From a virus (taxonomy: Duplodnaviria > Caudoviricetes), in IMG/VR virus record IMGVR_UViG_3300027691_000041, positions 1-51,003 of that record: a DNA stretch of 51,003 bases; one strand, given 5' to 3'. The translations under genes and the position numbers were made by a program. Shown here in pieces: positions 37,125 to 45,713 of the stretch (the stretch's first letter is position 1; each line of letters opens with the position of its first letter). The notes under the pieces are model-generated. The model saw nothing but the letters and a program-made list of their open reading frames with translations, did no database searches and was not told the DNA's origin.

Positions 37125-37364
37125 ATGAGAACCAGACAAAGTGCCGAAGAATACTTAGAAGGACGGGACCGCAGAAGAATGAAAGTGGAGCACCGCCACT
37201 TGACCAAATTAGAAGAACAGGAAAAAGCATCTGAGAAGATGATCGGAGAATTAACAAGAAACGGCAGGACGGTCTATTACGTATATCCAGTAGGCGGGCG
37301 CTACAAGGAAAGCAACTCGTTTTTTGACCTGATGTTTTACTTGATACGCAATAAATACATCTAA
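37125..37364 (+). CDS. Hypothetical protein (79 aa), anti-defence candidate
   Basis: ATG 37125 with GGAG RBS; first gene after promoter copy 2. Confidence 0.65.
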   Translation: MRTRQSAEEYLEGRDRRRMKVEHRHLTKLEEQEKASEKMIGELTRNGRTVYYVYPVGGRYKESNSFFDLMFYLIRNKYI

Positions 37365-37432
37365 ACAATTTTTAGCAATTCTGCTAAATCCGCGCCTCGG
37401 GATTCAGGGGCCAACTAAAAGGAGATACAAAA

Positions 37433-39184
37433 ATGGATGCAACATATTCACCAGACGACAACAAATTGAGACTGTACTCGATGGGCAGGCTTGACCGCGA
37501 GACATATGACCGCGTGAAAGCAGCCGGTTTCAAGTGGGCACCGAAGCAGGAATTGTTTGTTGCCCCAATGTGGACGCCAGCCCGCGAGGATTTGCTAATA
37601 GAACTGTGCGGAGAAATCGAGGACGAGGATAAAAGCCTGGTAGAACGCGCAGAAGAACGCGCAGACCGATTTGAGGACTACAGCGAGAAACGCGCCAATG
37701 ATGCAAATAACGCGCATAAGGCAGTTAAAGGCATCATGGAAAATATCCCTCTCGGCCAGCCTATTCTGATCGGCCATCACAGCGAAAAACACGCGAGGAA
37801 GGACGCACAACGCATTGAAAACGGAATGCGTAAAGCGGTTCAAATGTGGGAAACGTCTCAATACTGGCAAAGCCGCGCAACTGGCGCGATTCGTTCCGCG
37901 AAATATAAGGAGCGTCCCGACGTTCGCGCTCGTCGCATTAAAGGACTGGAGGCCGATAAGCGCAAGCAAGAGCGTTACAAGGAAGAGTCAGAGCTATGTT
38001 TGAAGCTATGGAGCAAAGAAGGGTTAACCCACGAGCAAGGAGTGGCGATTGCTAACCGCTTCCGCCTTATATTGTCGAGAAAAGAGGGTGACCGTGAAGA
38101 CTTCAACCAGAACCCAAGCGCCTATGACGCACTGACAAACTCATATCCAAGCCTGTACGCGCCTCGCACCCTTGAAGAAGTTATAGAGGCCGCAAAACGA
38201 GTTTACCCGCGAGCCATCGCCCACTGCGAACGCTGGATAAACCACTATAACAACCGTATTGCGTACGAAAAGGCCATGCTACAAGAAGTAGGCGGGACCG
38301 CAACGGATAAGACAGGACCAGAGAAAGGCGGCGCGTGCAAGTGCTGGGCATCCCCACGCGGCGGATATTCTTATATCCAGAAGGTAAATAAGGTATCTGT
38401 AACCGTGCTCGACAATTGGGGCAATGGCGGACCTAACTTCACGCGCACGATCCCATTCGACAAACTTTCCTCAATCATGACTGCCGCCGAGGTAAACGAA
38501 AAACGCGACGCTGGCTTGATCGTGGAGGTTTCTGACGGTACCGGCTTTATTCTTAGAACAGAACCACCGAAAGAGCCGCGCACCCCTAAAGAACCAGCCC
38601 CGGAAGCCGCCGACTTCCAGGCGATGAAGGATCAATTGAGGAATGGAGGCGTTAAGGTGGTTTCAGCGCCTCAGTTATTCCCTACCCCCGTTGATTTGGC
38701 GCAGCGTATGGCAGACCTTGCAGAAATAAGACCAGGTGACAGAGTTTTAGAACCAAGCGCCGGTACTGGTCGCCTTATTGGTGCAATGGGTGGACGTATG
38801 TTCGGCCATAACCCGGAATGCGGAGAAGTCTTAGCCATCGAAATCAATCATTCGCTTACCGATACACTCCGCGCCCAATTCCCATTAACTGACGTGCGCT
38901 GCACTGATTTTCTACAGTGCAATGGGGACATTGGAACATTCGACGCCGTAATCATGAACCCGCCTTTTGAAAACGCGGTTGACATTAAGCATATTACCCA
39001 CGCCATGACGATGTTAAAGCCTGGAGGACGGCTTGTGGCTATATGTGCGAATGGTCCGCGCCAGAACGAGAAACTAAAGCCGCTCGTTGAATCTATGGGG
39101 GGAATATGGGAACCGTTGCCCGCCGGAACCTTTGCCGAGTCGGGGACCGGAGTTAATACGGTTTTACTGAGCATGTACGCTTAG
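37433..39184 (+). CDS. DUF3560-domain N6-adenine DNA methyltransferase
   Basis: ATYSP.DNKLRL, IP.GQPIL.GHHSE..AR (DUF3560), QLFPTP, VLEPSAGTG, MNPPF, F.ESGT.V.T. Confidence 0.88.
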   Translation: MDATYSPDDNKLRLYSMGRLDRETYDRVKAAGFKWAPKQELFVAPMWTPAREDLLIELCGEIEDEDKSLVERAEERADRFEDYSEKRANDANNAHKAVKGIMENIPLGQPILIGHHSEKHARKDAQRIENGMRKAVQMWETSQYWQSRATGAIRSAKYKERPDVRARRIKGLEADKRKQERYKEESELCLKLWSKEGLTHEQGVAIANRFRLILSRKEGDREDFNQNPSAYDALTNSYPSLYAPRTLEEVIEAAKRVYPRAIAHCERWINHYNNRIAYEKAMLQEVGGTATDKTGPEKGGACKCWASPRGGYSYIQKVNKVSVTVLDNWGNGGPNFTRTIPFDKLSSIMTAAEVNEKRDAGLIVEVSDGTGFILRTEPPKEPRTPKEPAPEAADFQAMKDQLRNGGVKVVSAPQLFPTPVDLAQRMADLAEIRPGDRVLEPSAGTGRLIGAMGGRMFGHNPECGEVLAIEINHSLTDTLRAQFPLTDVRCTDFLQCNGDIGTFDAVIMNPPFENAVDIKHITHAMTMLKPGGRLVAICANGPRQNEKLKPLVESMGGIWEPLPAGTFAESGTGVNTVLLSMYA

Positions 39185-39221
39185 TACCAAAAAAGGGGCT
39201 GCGGCCCCTTGCAAAAACCAC

Positions 39222-39310
39222 TTGACTTAATAAGATACATTGTATACCATTAGAACTGTAGGCATCGAGCCTAAACCCGCGCCTCGGGGTTCAAGCTGGG
39301 GCCAGGAGAA
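39222..39310 (+). promoter_or_regulatory. Strong sigma70 promoter with GATACATTGTAT operator and conserved leader (copy 3)
   Basis: TTGACT-N17-TACCAT; leader CCGCGCCTCGGGG...GGGCCAGGAGA. Confidence 0.8.
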
Positions 39311-39314
39311 ACAA

Positions 39315-39383
39315 ATGGAACCTATCACTGTTACCCTCTTCAGCATCCTCATTGCCTGCCTTATCGCTGTTATGTACTTTTAA
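39315..39383 (+). CDS. 22-aa hydrophobic peptide
   Basis: MEPITVTLFSILIACLIAVMYF with AGGAGA RBS. Confidence 0.5.
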   Translation: MEPITVTLFSILIACLIAVMYF

Positions 39384-39403
39384 CCCAACGCTACCAAGGA
39401 TAA

Positions 39404-39595
39404 ATGAAAATGCAAAAGACGCAAATCACCCTCGGTGAACTCCATATGGCATTAACAATTTGCCAATTAGCGATCCATCAAGCAAGAGAAGCGGGAGACG
39501 AAACGGAATTTTATGAGTTCCTAGCAGCAGGCTACATAGATGGACATCTTAACAATCATTACGAAATTGTTGATTCACGTACAGAGTTGAACTAG
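39404..39595 (+). CDS. Small acidic hypothetical protein
   Basis: 63 aa, AAGGA RBS. Confidence 0.55.
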   Translation: MKMQKTQITLGELHMALTICQLAIHQAREAGDETEFYEFLAAGYIDGHLNNHYEIVDSRTELN

Positions 39596-39659
39596 TCCCT
39601 CAATCCATGCCCTTTCGGGGCATGTGTGGATGGATTAATAACACAATAGGAGAGACAGC

Positions 39660-39839
39660 ATGGAAATCTGCCTGGTCAGCGGAGCAATCGACACAAACGA
39701 CAATCTGGATGGATGGGTTGTAACAAGCCAACGTGCAACAGCCGAAGGCGCAGAGGACTTACTGCTAATTCGCGGCGATCAAATAAAAATTAACGGCGAT
39801 GTCTACCGGAACAATGAGTTCATTGGAAACATAGCTTAG
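39660..39839 (+). CDS. Small acidic hypothetical protein (59 aa), Acr-like candidate
   Basis: Manual translation MEICLVSGAIDTNDNLDGWVVTSQRATAEGAEDLLLIRGDQIKINGDVYRNNEFIGNIA; AGGAG RBS. Confidence 0.55.
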   Translation: MEICLVSGAIDTNDNLDGWVVTSQRATAEGAEDLLLIRGDQIKINGDVYRNNEFIGNIA

Positions 39840-39955
39840 GCAGGTGGATTGTGCAAGGGGTAACAAGATCAGAACTGACAGCCGCAATGAAGAAGACGCA
39901 AATACGAGAAGTGTAGCAAGTAGTAAATAAACCTTAAACGCAAGGCAGATCAAAA

Positions 39956-40246
39956 ATGGTAAGCCACCCGAACCGATCAAAAAAAACTCCGAAAGAGGGA
40001 CGTAATCCGTCTCCTGAAGAAATCATCCAGGCCCGGAATATGGCCGGTCTTACTCAAGAAGAAGCCGCCGCTGTTGTCTACAAAAGTACGATAGCCTGGA
40101 AGAAATGGGAAGGCGGAAACAGAAGAATGCCGCCTGATACCTGGGAACTATTACTAATCAAGCTGGGTTTTGTTAGAACGCCACAAGGCGAGATTGTTGT
40201 GGCAACAAACAAGAATGAACCGGGGCGGGTAAAACATCTTGAATAA
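39956..40246 (+). CDS. XRE-family HTH regulator (Aca/KorC-like)
   Basis: PSPEEI..AR..AGLTQ.EAA..V......W.KWE.G.RRMP...W.LL. Confidence 0.8.
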   Translation: MVSHPNRSKKTPKEGRNPSPEEIIQARNMAGLTQEEAAAVVYKSTIAWKKWEGGNRRMPPDTWELLLIKLGFVRTPQGEIVVATNKNEPGRVKHLE

Positions 40247-40257
40247 GGAGGAATGAA

Positions 40258-40536
40258 ATGGAAAAGACAGTAGAAGAAAAGAAGGAAATTTGGGAATATC
40301 GGAAAGCATCTATACAAGCAATTTTAATCCTTGCTTCTCTGATGGCTCTAAGTGTTTATGCTGTTTTCAGTACAGGTATTCCTCAACGCATGGAAGAAGA
40401 AAGAAATAAATCGTATGAATGCAGGAAGTCAGGCGGCGATTGGATAGATATAGGCCGGGGTGATCAGATTTGCCGGAAGGATAAAAATTATTATATTGAT
40501 GAAGACTTATCCACGCCTGAAGCCCCCGCCAAGTGA
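40258..40536 (+). CDS. Membrane-anchored protein with periplasmic Cys pair
   Basis: TM AILILASLMALSVYAVF and C...GG.W......C motif. Confidence 0.6.
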   Translation: MEKTVEEKKEIWEYRKASIQAILILASLMALSVYAVFSTGIPQRMEEERNKSYECRKSGGDWIDIGRGDQICRKDKNYYIDEDLSTPEAPAK

Positions 40537-40570
40537 ATAGGGCAAGAGGGGCGGAAGGGGTGGGTAAGTC
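40504..40570 (+). other. DnaA-box-like hairpin, copy 2
   Basis: GACTTATCCAC pairs with GTGGGTAAGTC; same 61-nt span and internal loops as 3920-3980. Confidence 0.5.
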
Positions 40571-41216
40571 AGTAGTTCGTTACCGCCTGCCGTAGCAACC
40601 CATGTTTTTCAAAAACCTGGCGCAATTCGTTCATGGCGTTATCATGTATAACATCGAGCGTATCGTACAAACTCTGCCGCACAATCACGGCGTACACATC
40701 CCGGCAACCAAGCGCCTTTCTAATTGAGCGATGATTCATACTGCCGTCGAAGTACCCCCTCACCATGTTATAGACAACTTCTGTCTTTTCCGGGCCAAAT
40801 CCGAGCGACACACGCCCAAGAAACACCACGGATGTTAAATCATCCTTACTCAGCTTCCTGCCAAACTTTGCTTCTATGTATTGCCGCTCTGCCGGATCTT
40901 CCAATACCTCTACCATTCCAACAATTTGAGCCGCTTGAGCGTGCTGAGCATAGGAATCAAGTTCGAGTAAAAGTAGATTCTGTGCGTCCCAGGTGGGCAC
41001 CTGGCGCATATGATTGATAGCGGACATCTTAACTATTGGCCGGTTGACCACGTTATATGCCCAATGCAGCACGGATTCGCAGCTCAGGAACAAGGTTTTA
41101 CCGCCCGTGATTTGGCTACACATACCGGACAGCGCAACACAACCTGTTGTCTTCGTCCCTTGATAATTATGTGTTTCCATCCTTCTCGCGGCCTCATTGC
41201 GTTGCAGTTCACGCAA
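40569..41216 (-). CDS. Q-like late antiterminator/activator (true start probably TTG 41093)
   Basis: Last gene of the nin region, upstream of a pR'/tR' arrangement; F.S....L.WAY...AQAA.I pattern. Confidence 0.5.
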   Translation of the reverse strand: MRELQRNEAARRMETHNYQGTKTTGCVALSGMCSQITGGKTLFLSCESVLHWAYNVVNRPIVKMSAINHMRQVPTWDAQNLLLLELDSYAQHAQAAQIVGMVEVLEDPAERQYIEAKFGRKLSKDDLTSVVFLGRVSLGFGPEKTEVVYNMVRGYFDGSMNHRSIRKALGCRDVYAVIVRQSLYDTLDVIHDNAMNELRQVFEKHGLLRQAVTNY

Positions 41217-41254
41217 TAACGCTTATCTGCTGTTGATTGTTTCTGTAGTGTCAC
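41084..41254 (-). CDS. Zn-ribbon protein (56 aa)
   Basis: Manual translation contains YCVNC...RCPVC; GTGA overlap upstream. Confidence 0.5.
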   Translation of the reverse strand: MTLQKQSTADKRYCVNCNAMRPREGWKHIIIKGRRQQVVLRCPVCVAKSRAVKPCS

Positions 41255-41532
41255 AGCCGGTCCTCTGCTAGAAATTTGTTAACGAACAGCAACAAGTGAT
41301 ATTCGGTCGGCAAGCCATAGCGAACAAGAAACAGTTTCGGCGCAGCGTGAAAGCCCTCTGGCCCTTGATGACACCAATAGCAGAGCGGAGCCACCATATA
41401 CTCCGAACGCAAGCCTGAACCTTCAGCAATGTGATGAATACTGGCCGGAGTGATGACGCCCAAAAACTCGCGGCATATCACGCACCCGAGACGGCGCACA
41501 ATGTCCTGATGGTGTTTTTCAGCATTAGTCAT
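41251..41532 (-). CDS. Ref-like/HNH-type Zn nuclease (nin region)
   Basis: LGCVICR...IHHI...PLC..CHQG..G.H; start MTNAEK at 41532. Confidence 0.7.
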   Translation of the reverse strand: MTNAEKHHQDIVRRLGCVICREFLGVITPASIHHIAEGSGLRSEYMVAPLCYWCHQGPEGFHAAPKLFLVRYGLPTEYHLLLFVNKFLAEDRL

Positions 41533-41971
41533 GAATACACCTGGCCTTCTCACTCCAAACAACAGGAGGATCTTGCTGTGCCCCAAATGCGTACAGATGC
41601 TCAATAAATTCGCTTGCGACCGACTTTCTAAAGCCTCGAGACTGAATACCAAGTTGCACGAATCCGGTTCCGTCAAGGCTGGGAACGATTCTCCCCCATC
41701 CTCTTAGCGGCTTTCCTTCTTCTGCTTTCACCCGTGCAAAAGCATCAATGAGCATACGTTTCCAGTCTTCTTTGTCGAATTTCTGGCCCATGAATTTGCA
41801 CTGCTTTGCGATATCTCCAATCTGAGCATGATATTTTTCCTCTTGCTCCCGCTTCTTTACTTGCTCCTGGATCGTAACCATCCAACCTATGGGAGCCTGT
41901 TCTATGCATTGCTTGGCGAATTGACGTTGCTGCGGCCCGACGAGGAAAATGGTTTGTTTGTCGTCACTCAC
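41525..41971 (-). CDS. ninB: NinB/Orf-family recombination protein
   Basis: KR..Q..K.HA.I.DIA.Q...WK....VP.LDG..FV.LG...S.FIE...AFG pattern. Confidence 0.8.
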   Translation of the reverse strand: MSDDKQTIFLVGPQQRQFAKQCIEQAPIGWMVTIQEQVKKREQEEKYHAQIGDIAKQCKFMGQKFDKEDWKRMLIDAFARVKAEEGKPLRGWGRIVPSLDGTGFVQLGIQSRGFRKSVASEFIEHLYAFGAQQDPPVVWSEKARCIHD

Positions 41972-42342
41972 AGCTTTTCTTTTAAATACAGTTCGATGAT
42001 TTCAGCCGCTTCTGTCCAATCCCAACAGTAAGTGACGTACCACCCTTCTTCTTCAAGCATCTTTCCGTAGTCGAGCTGCGCTGCCGTGGGCGCGTTGTCG
42101 CCAAATTTAAGCTCAATAGTGAGGCCGGTATAACCGCATCTCGGAACTGGTAGGGTTACGTCTAGCTCACCCTTCTTCATCCCCGCCGCCTTTGCCTTTC
42201 CCGCTTGCGCTGGGGTGAGGTAAACACCGTTCATCGATCCTCGTAACAACCGTAGTGCCGGATATGTTGTCTGTACGAGTTCGGACCAGTTGAAAAGGGC
42301 GCATTGCATCTGGAACTCAGGGGATAAGCGTGCTGCTTTCAT
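41968..42342 (-). CDS. VRR-NUC nuclease
   Basis: E...Q, NG, K..G.K.G..D..L, IELK...PT..Q. Confidence 0.8.
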   Translation of the reverse strand: MKAARLSPEFQMQCALFNWSELVQTTYPALRLLRGSMNGVYLTPAQAGKAKAAGMKKGELDVTLPVPRCGYTGLTIELKFGDNAPTAAQLDYGKMLEEEGWYVTYCWDWTEAAEIIELYLKEKL

Positions 42343-42641
42343 GATATCTCTACGCCCTTTTCCAATAGTTTTCGTTGACGCTTGACTGCGGAAACAAGCG
42401 TTTCAACTGCATCCTGTCCAATGTTTGCCTGGATGTTGCGGTAATATTCCTGCCGCGCTTCATAATCTAGTTTCAGAACTTGATTCGCTTCTTGCGTAGC
42501 GACTTCAGCCTTGAGTTCGTCCAATCCCTTCTGTTTTCGGTTTGAAAGCACTCCCTTGTAGTAATCCTGCCGCTTGTCGTAGTCCATTTTTAGAACTTGA
42601 CGCGCCTCACATTCCTTACGATATTGTTCTGAATTATTCAT
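42339..42641 (-). CDS. Hypothetical protein with internal duplication
   Basis: EARQVLKMDYDKRQDYY and EANQVLKLDYEARQEYY. Confidence 0.65.
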   Translation of the reverse strand: MNNSEQYRKECEARQVLKMDYDKRQDYYKGVLSNRKQKGLDELKAEVATQEANQVLKLDYEARQEYYRNIQANIGQDAVETLVSAVKRQRKLLEKGVEIS

Positions 42642-43324
42642 GCTGACTTTCTCAGCGCTAATTTGATTTCAGCGATTCGTTTCAATCCGGTTTGTTTGTC
42701 GATCGGCTTTTGTTCTTCGATCTGCGCCTGCTTGTATTGCAGCAGGAAGGGGTGATTGTTGTTCCCGGTGAGCTGCAATACTTCGGCTTTTTCATCTGGT
42801 CCCATCAGGCTTATAGCGTGATCGATTCCGACCTTTCCGGCACGTATGGCGTCGGATACTGGCTGTGCCCTACCCTGTTTGTCATGGCCGAGGGAGACGA
42901 ACCATTTTGGCTTTATTCGGTTTTCCCTTGCTTCTCGAACGATACGAGCGTAGGAATCCTTGAATGCCATACGCGCAGCTATGTGATCCCCATCGTTGAG
43001 CAATGGCCGCGCAAATTGCATCGCTTCCGCCATTTGCTCGGTAATGACCATAGTTTCATCTTCTCCCCTGCTCATGACTGCCCAGGCTTCTTCCGGTCCA
43101 GGCATTCCATCGCGGGACTCGATTCGCTCAATTATGTCCGCCAGGGTTAAGCGCCTAGATAGCTCCTGCCTGCATCTTCTGAGGGCAGTGAGAACATCCT
43201 TCACGTCGTATTCCGATAAATCCTCTGCCATCATTCTTAATGCAGTTGATTGCAATTGCGTTCCCATGACGTCAGCCGTGGCACCCAGGGCTGATATCAG
43301 GGTTTCAATATCAGTTCGCTGCAT
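42638..43324 (-). CDS. Helicase loader-like replication protein
   Basis: AL.RCR.E...L.LADII....PG.EEAW...AARMAFK..Y.R; follows the initiator. Confidence 0.65.
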   Translation of the reverse strand: MQRTDIETLISALGATADVMGTQLQSTALRMMAEDLSEYDVKDVLTALRRCRQELSRRLTLADIIERIESRDGMPGPEEAWAVMSRGEDETMVITEQMAEAMQFARPLLNDGDHIAARMAFKDSYARIVREARENRIKPKWFVSLGHDKQGRAQPVSDAIRAGKVGIDHAISLMGPDEKAEVLQLTGNNNHPFLLQYKQAQIEEQKPIDKQTGLKRIAEIKLALRKSA

Positions 43325-44219
43325 GGTTCCTCCTGCTCATCATTGCGATTGCTTCTCTTACCGCGTCCGCATTACCAGCCGTTCGGTCCAACTGTGTCGC
43401 TTTGCTGGCCGTCATCACTGTGTTCGTTGCCCATTGCGTGCGGAGTCCTTCCGCGTCTTTGTTCATCAGCGAAGGATGGTGAGTTTTCTGGACGTAATAC
43501 TTGTCGTTGTGGGAAACAAAGAAGGAAGCAACGTGTGGGGCTTCTTGGTGTGGGATTTTTTTGCAGAAAGATTTTATTGCGGTGTTTACTGCGGCGTTTC
43601 TTATCGGGTCTACGTGGTAGCGATTGAAGTAAGCGTCTGAGTAGCTTTTCCAGGTAGCTTTACAAGCAGCTTGTAATTCTGATTCCGGCGAATGATCTTG
43701 CACGCCGGATTTATCCGGCAAGGGAATATCTGTTAATTTGTCTGTTAATTGGTCTGTTCTTCTTATGCGTGTAGCCGATTGGGCTACCATATGTGTAGCC
43801 GATTGGGCTACCGTTGTAGTAGCCTGTTCGGCTACCGTAGCCGATTGGGCTACCGTAGTCGATTCGGCTACTTTTTTAGACTTTCTTGCCTCGCTTTTTT
43901 CCTTGTAAACCTGAGCTAGTTCCGCTACTTTTTCAGGTATGCAAATGGTGTATTTTGTTGCTTTTCCATATCCGCCGAGTCCGTCTTTTACCAGCCATCC
44001 TAGTTCTACGAGCTTCTTCGTTGCATCACTAATATTGGATGGGTGCATACCGCACCGTTCCGCTATAGCTTCACGACGAGGAAAGGCAAGACCTGTTACT
44101 TTGTTGCGAAAGGAAAAAAGGGTAACAAGGACACGCATTGTTTCGAGGGTTAATCTGTTATCCATCATTACTTCGACAGGTACTATGGCGAATGGATGTA
44201 CCTGTTCATCGTCTCGCAT
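43311..44219 (-). CDS. Replication initiator (lambda O-like, N-terminal wHTH)
   Basis: FP.RE.IAE.CG....IS.A.K.L...GW motif; internal iterons; start MRDDEQ at 44219. Confidence 0.8.
   Translation of the reverse strand: MRDDEQVHPFAIVPVEVMMDNRLTLETMRVLVTLFSFRNKVTGLAFPRREAIAERCGMHPSNISDATKKLVELGWLVKDGLGGYGKATKYTICIPEKVAELAQVYKEKSEARKSKKVAESTTVAQSATVAEQATTTVAQSATHMVAQSATRIRRTDQLTDKLTDIPLPDKSGVQDHSPESELQAACKATWKSYSDAYFNRYHVDPIRNAAVNTAIKSFCKKIPHQEAPHVASFFVSHNDKYYVQKTHHPSLMNKDAEGLRTQWATNTVMTASKATQLDRTAGNADAVREAIAMMSRRNHAAN
43729..43871. repeat. Replication origin: five 17-bp palindromic iterons plus AT-rich repeats
   Basis: GTAGCC-N5-GGCTAC at 43771, 43795, 43819, 43837 and 43855 (last has 1 mismatch); TCTGTTAATT repeats at 43729 and 43741. 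Confidence 0.85.
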
Positions 44220-44285
44220 TGTTCTTCTCCACTTTGTCACTCCCAACAAAACCGCCCGCAAAAGCGGTTACTCCAAAAAAAAGGC

Positions 44286-44345
44286 GAGCGCACGGTGACA
44301 GGTGGAGTAATCCCGTCGTTCGGCTTTGCGGTTCCTAGTGCGCTC
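44286..44345 (-). ncRNA. C4/CI-like antisense RNA candidate
   Basis: Closing stem GAGCGCAC/GUGCGCUC; hairpin GACGGG-AUUACUCCA-CCUGUC; loop segments complementary to downstream UGGAGUAA and GCUUUUGCGG. Confidence 0.55.
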
Positions 44346-44372
44346 ATTGACACAAAACGGCTGATTCGATGC

Positions 44373-45404
44373 TCATACAGCTGCTTCCAAAATTAATCCT
44401 GCTTGTACTGTTCGCTGCGCTTGTAGATTCAAATATTCATGATTTAATTCGCATCCGATCCAGCGGCGACCTAAGTTCTGCGAAACTTCAGCAGTTGTAC
44501 CGCTACCAAGGAAAGGATCAAAAACGATGTCACCAGGACGGGAACCCGCAAGGATGCAAGGGTCGATTAATGCAGGTGGGAATGTGGCGAAGTGAGCATC
44601 TGAATACGGTTTTGTGGGTATCTTCCATACGCTGCGTTTGTTGCGTAAGCCGCTACATTGTTCTTCTTTCGTCATGCTATCCCATCGATCATTGAATCCG
44701 GCGTGACGCCTTCCATGCCCTCGCTGTTTATCGGTAGTCCCTTTCTCGCGTCCCTGCTTGTGAAACGAGCCGTGCCCACCATTACCTTTGCTTGTGTCCC
44801 ATCCATCCGGAGTTTTGTAGTCACCTAACGCACACGGCTCCTTTATCGCAATGTTGTCGTAGTAGTAACGTTCTGATTTACTCAGCATGAAAATGTACTC
44901 ATGGGACTTGGTGCAGCGGTCAGTCACGCTTTCAGGCATGGGATTTGGCTTGTGCCAGATGATGTCTTGGCGGAGATACCAACCATCGGCTTGTAACGCG
45001 AACGCTACGCGCCAGGGAATGCCGATTAAGTCTTTTGGCTTAACACCAATATTGGAAAATCCATTACGAGCAGGAGCCGACGTGCCATGCTTGGATTCCC
45101 AACTAGGCTTTGGCGCATTCGTTTGTTCGCCGCGCCCGCGGGCGCCCCATGAACCAGCGTAACTATCCCCAAGGTTCAACCACAAAGTTCCGTCATCGCT
45201 CAACAGTTCGCGCACAAGCCGGAATACTTCAACCATGTTAGCGACGTATTCCTGCGGGGTTTGCTCGAGGCCTAGTTGCCCAGGATGTCCGTAGTCACGC
45301 AATCCGAAATAAGGCGGCGAAGTGACGCACGTTTGCACCTTGATTCCGTCCTCTATGAGACTGCGCATTGAATCACGGCAGTCTCCGACCAGGCATTTAT
45401 TCAT
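44373..45404 (-). CDS. Orphan DNA methyltransferase (beta class, m4C/m6A)
   Basis: TSPPY, IIWHKPNPMPES..DR, HFATFP, DPFLGSGTT. Confidence 0.93.
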   Translation of the reverse strand: MNKCLVGDCRDSMRSLIEDGIKVQTCVTSPPYFGLRDYGHPGQLGLEQTPQEYVANMVEVFRLVRELLSDDGTLWLNLGDSYAGSWGARGRGEQTNAPKPSWESKHGTSAPARNGFSNIGVKPKDLIGIPWRVAFALQADGWYLRQDIIWHKPNPMPESVTDRCTKSHEYIFMLSKSERYYYDNIAIKEPCALGDYKTPDGWDTSKGNGGHGSFHKQGREKGTTDKQRGHGRRHAGFNDRWDSMTKEEQCSGLRNKRSVWKIPTKPYSDAHFATFPPALIDPCILAGSRPGDIVFDPFLGSGTTAEVSQNLGRRWIGCELNHEYLNLQAQRTVQAGLILEAAV

Positions 45405-45610
45405 TTTCGTTGCTGAAAAAACTTCGCATGGAGATTGGCTATCAAAATTCCACGGTTTATGTCCGTGGTTTTATGTACGCCGGTTCGAAGCCTGGTTATT
45501 GTTGCTGCCGGAGCATCAATCTCTTTTCCGATCTTCGCGTCCGACAAACCGGCATTGGCCCAAAGATCCGTGAGTAATTTTTTTACGTCGATTGGTTGTA
45601 TAGTGTTCAT
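45401..45610 (-). CDS. cro: Cro-like HTH repressor
   Basis: GLSD..I...I......TI.RLR.G; divergent from the cI-like gene. Confidence 0.7.
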   Translation of the reverse strand: MNTIQPIDVKKLLTDLWANAGLSDAKIGKEIDAPAATITRLRTGVHKTTDINRGILIANLHAKFFQQRK

Positions 45611-45617
45611 GGCTGTA

Positions 45618-45706
45618 ATTATGGTACGTAGTCGAATCACATGTCAATACGTAGACGAAGTTTTTTCGTTGTAGAACTTGACAAGACAGTACGTTTGCGT
45701 AACCAT
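45618..45706. promoter_or_regulatory. OR-like switch: divergent promoters and TACG-N4-CGWA operators
   Basis: Operators at 45625, 45648 and 45690; TTGACA at 45647-45642 (-) and 45678-45683 (+). Confidence 0.65.
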
Positions 45707-45713
45707 ATCCGTC

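Noticed and set aside
43771-43871. CRISPR-like palindromic repeat array
   Set aside because: Spacers are only 1-7 nt and the array is inside the initiator gene; these are iterons.
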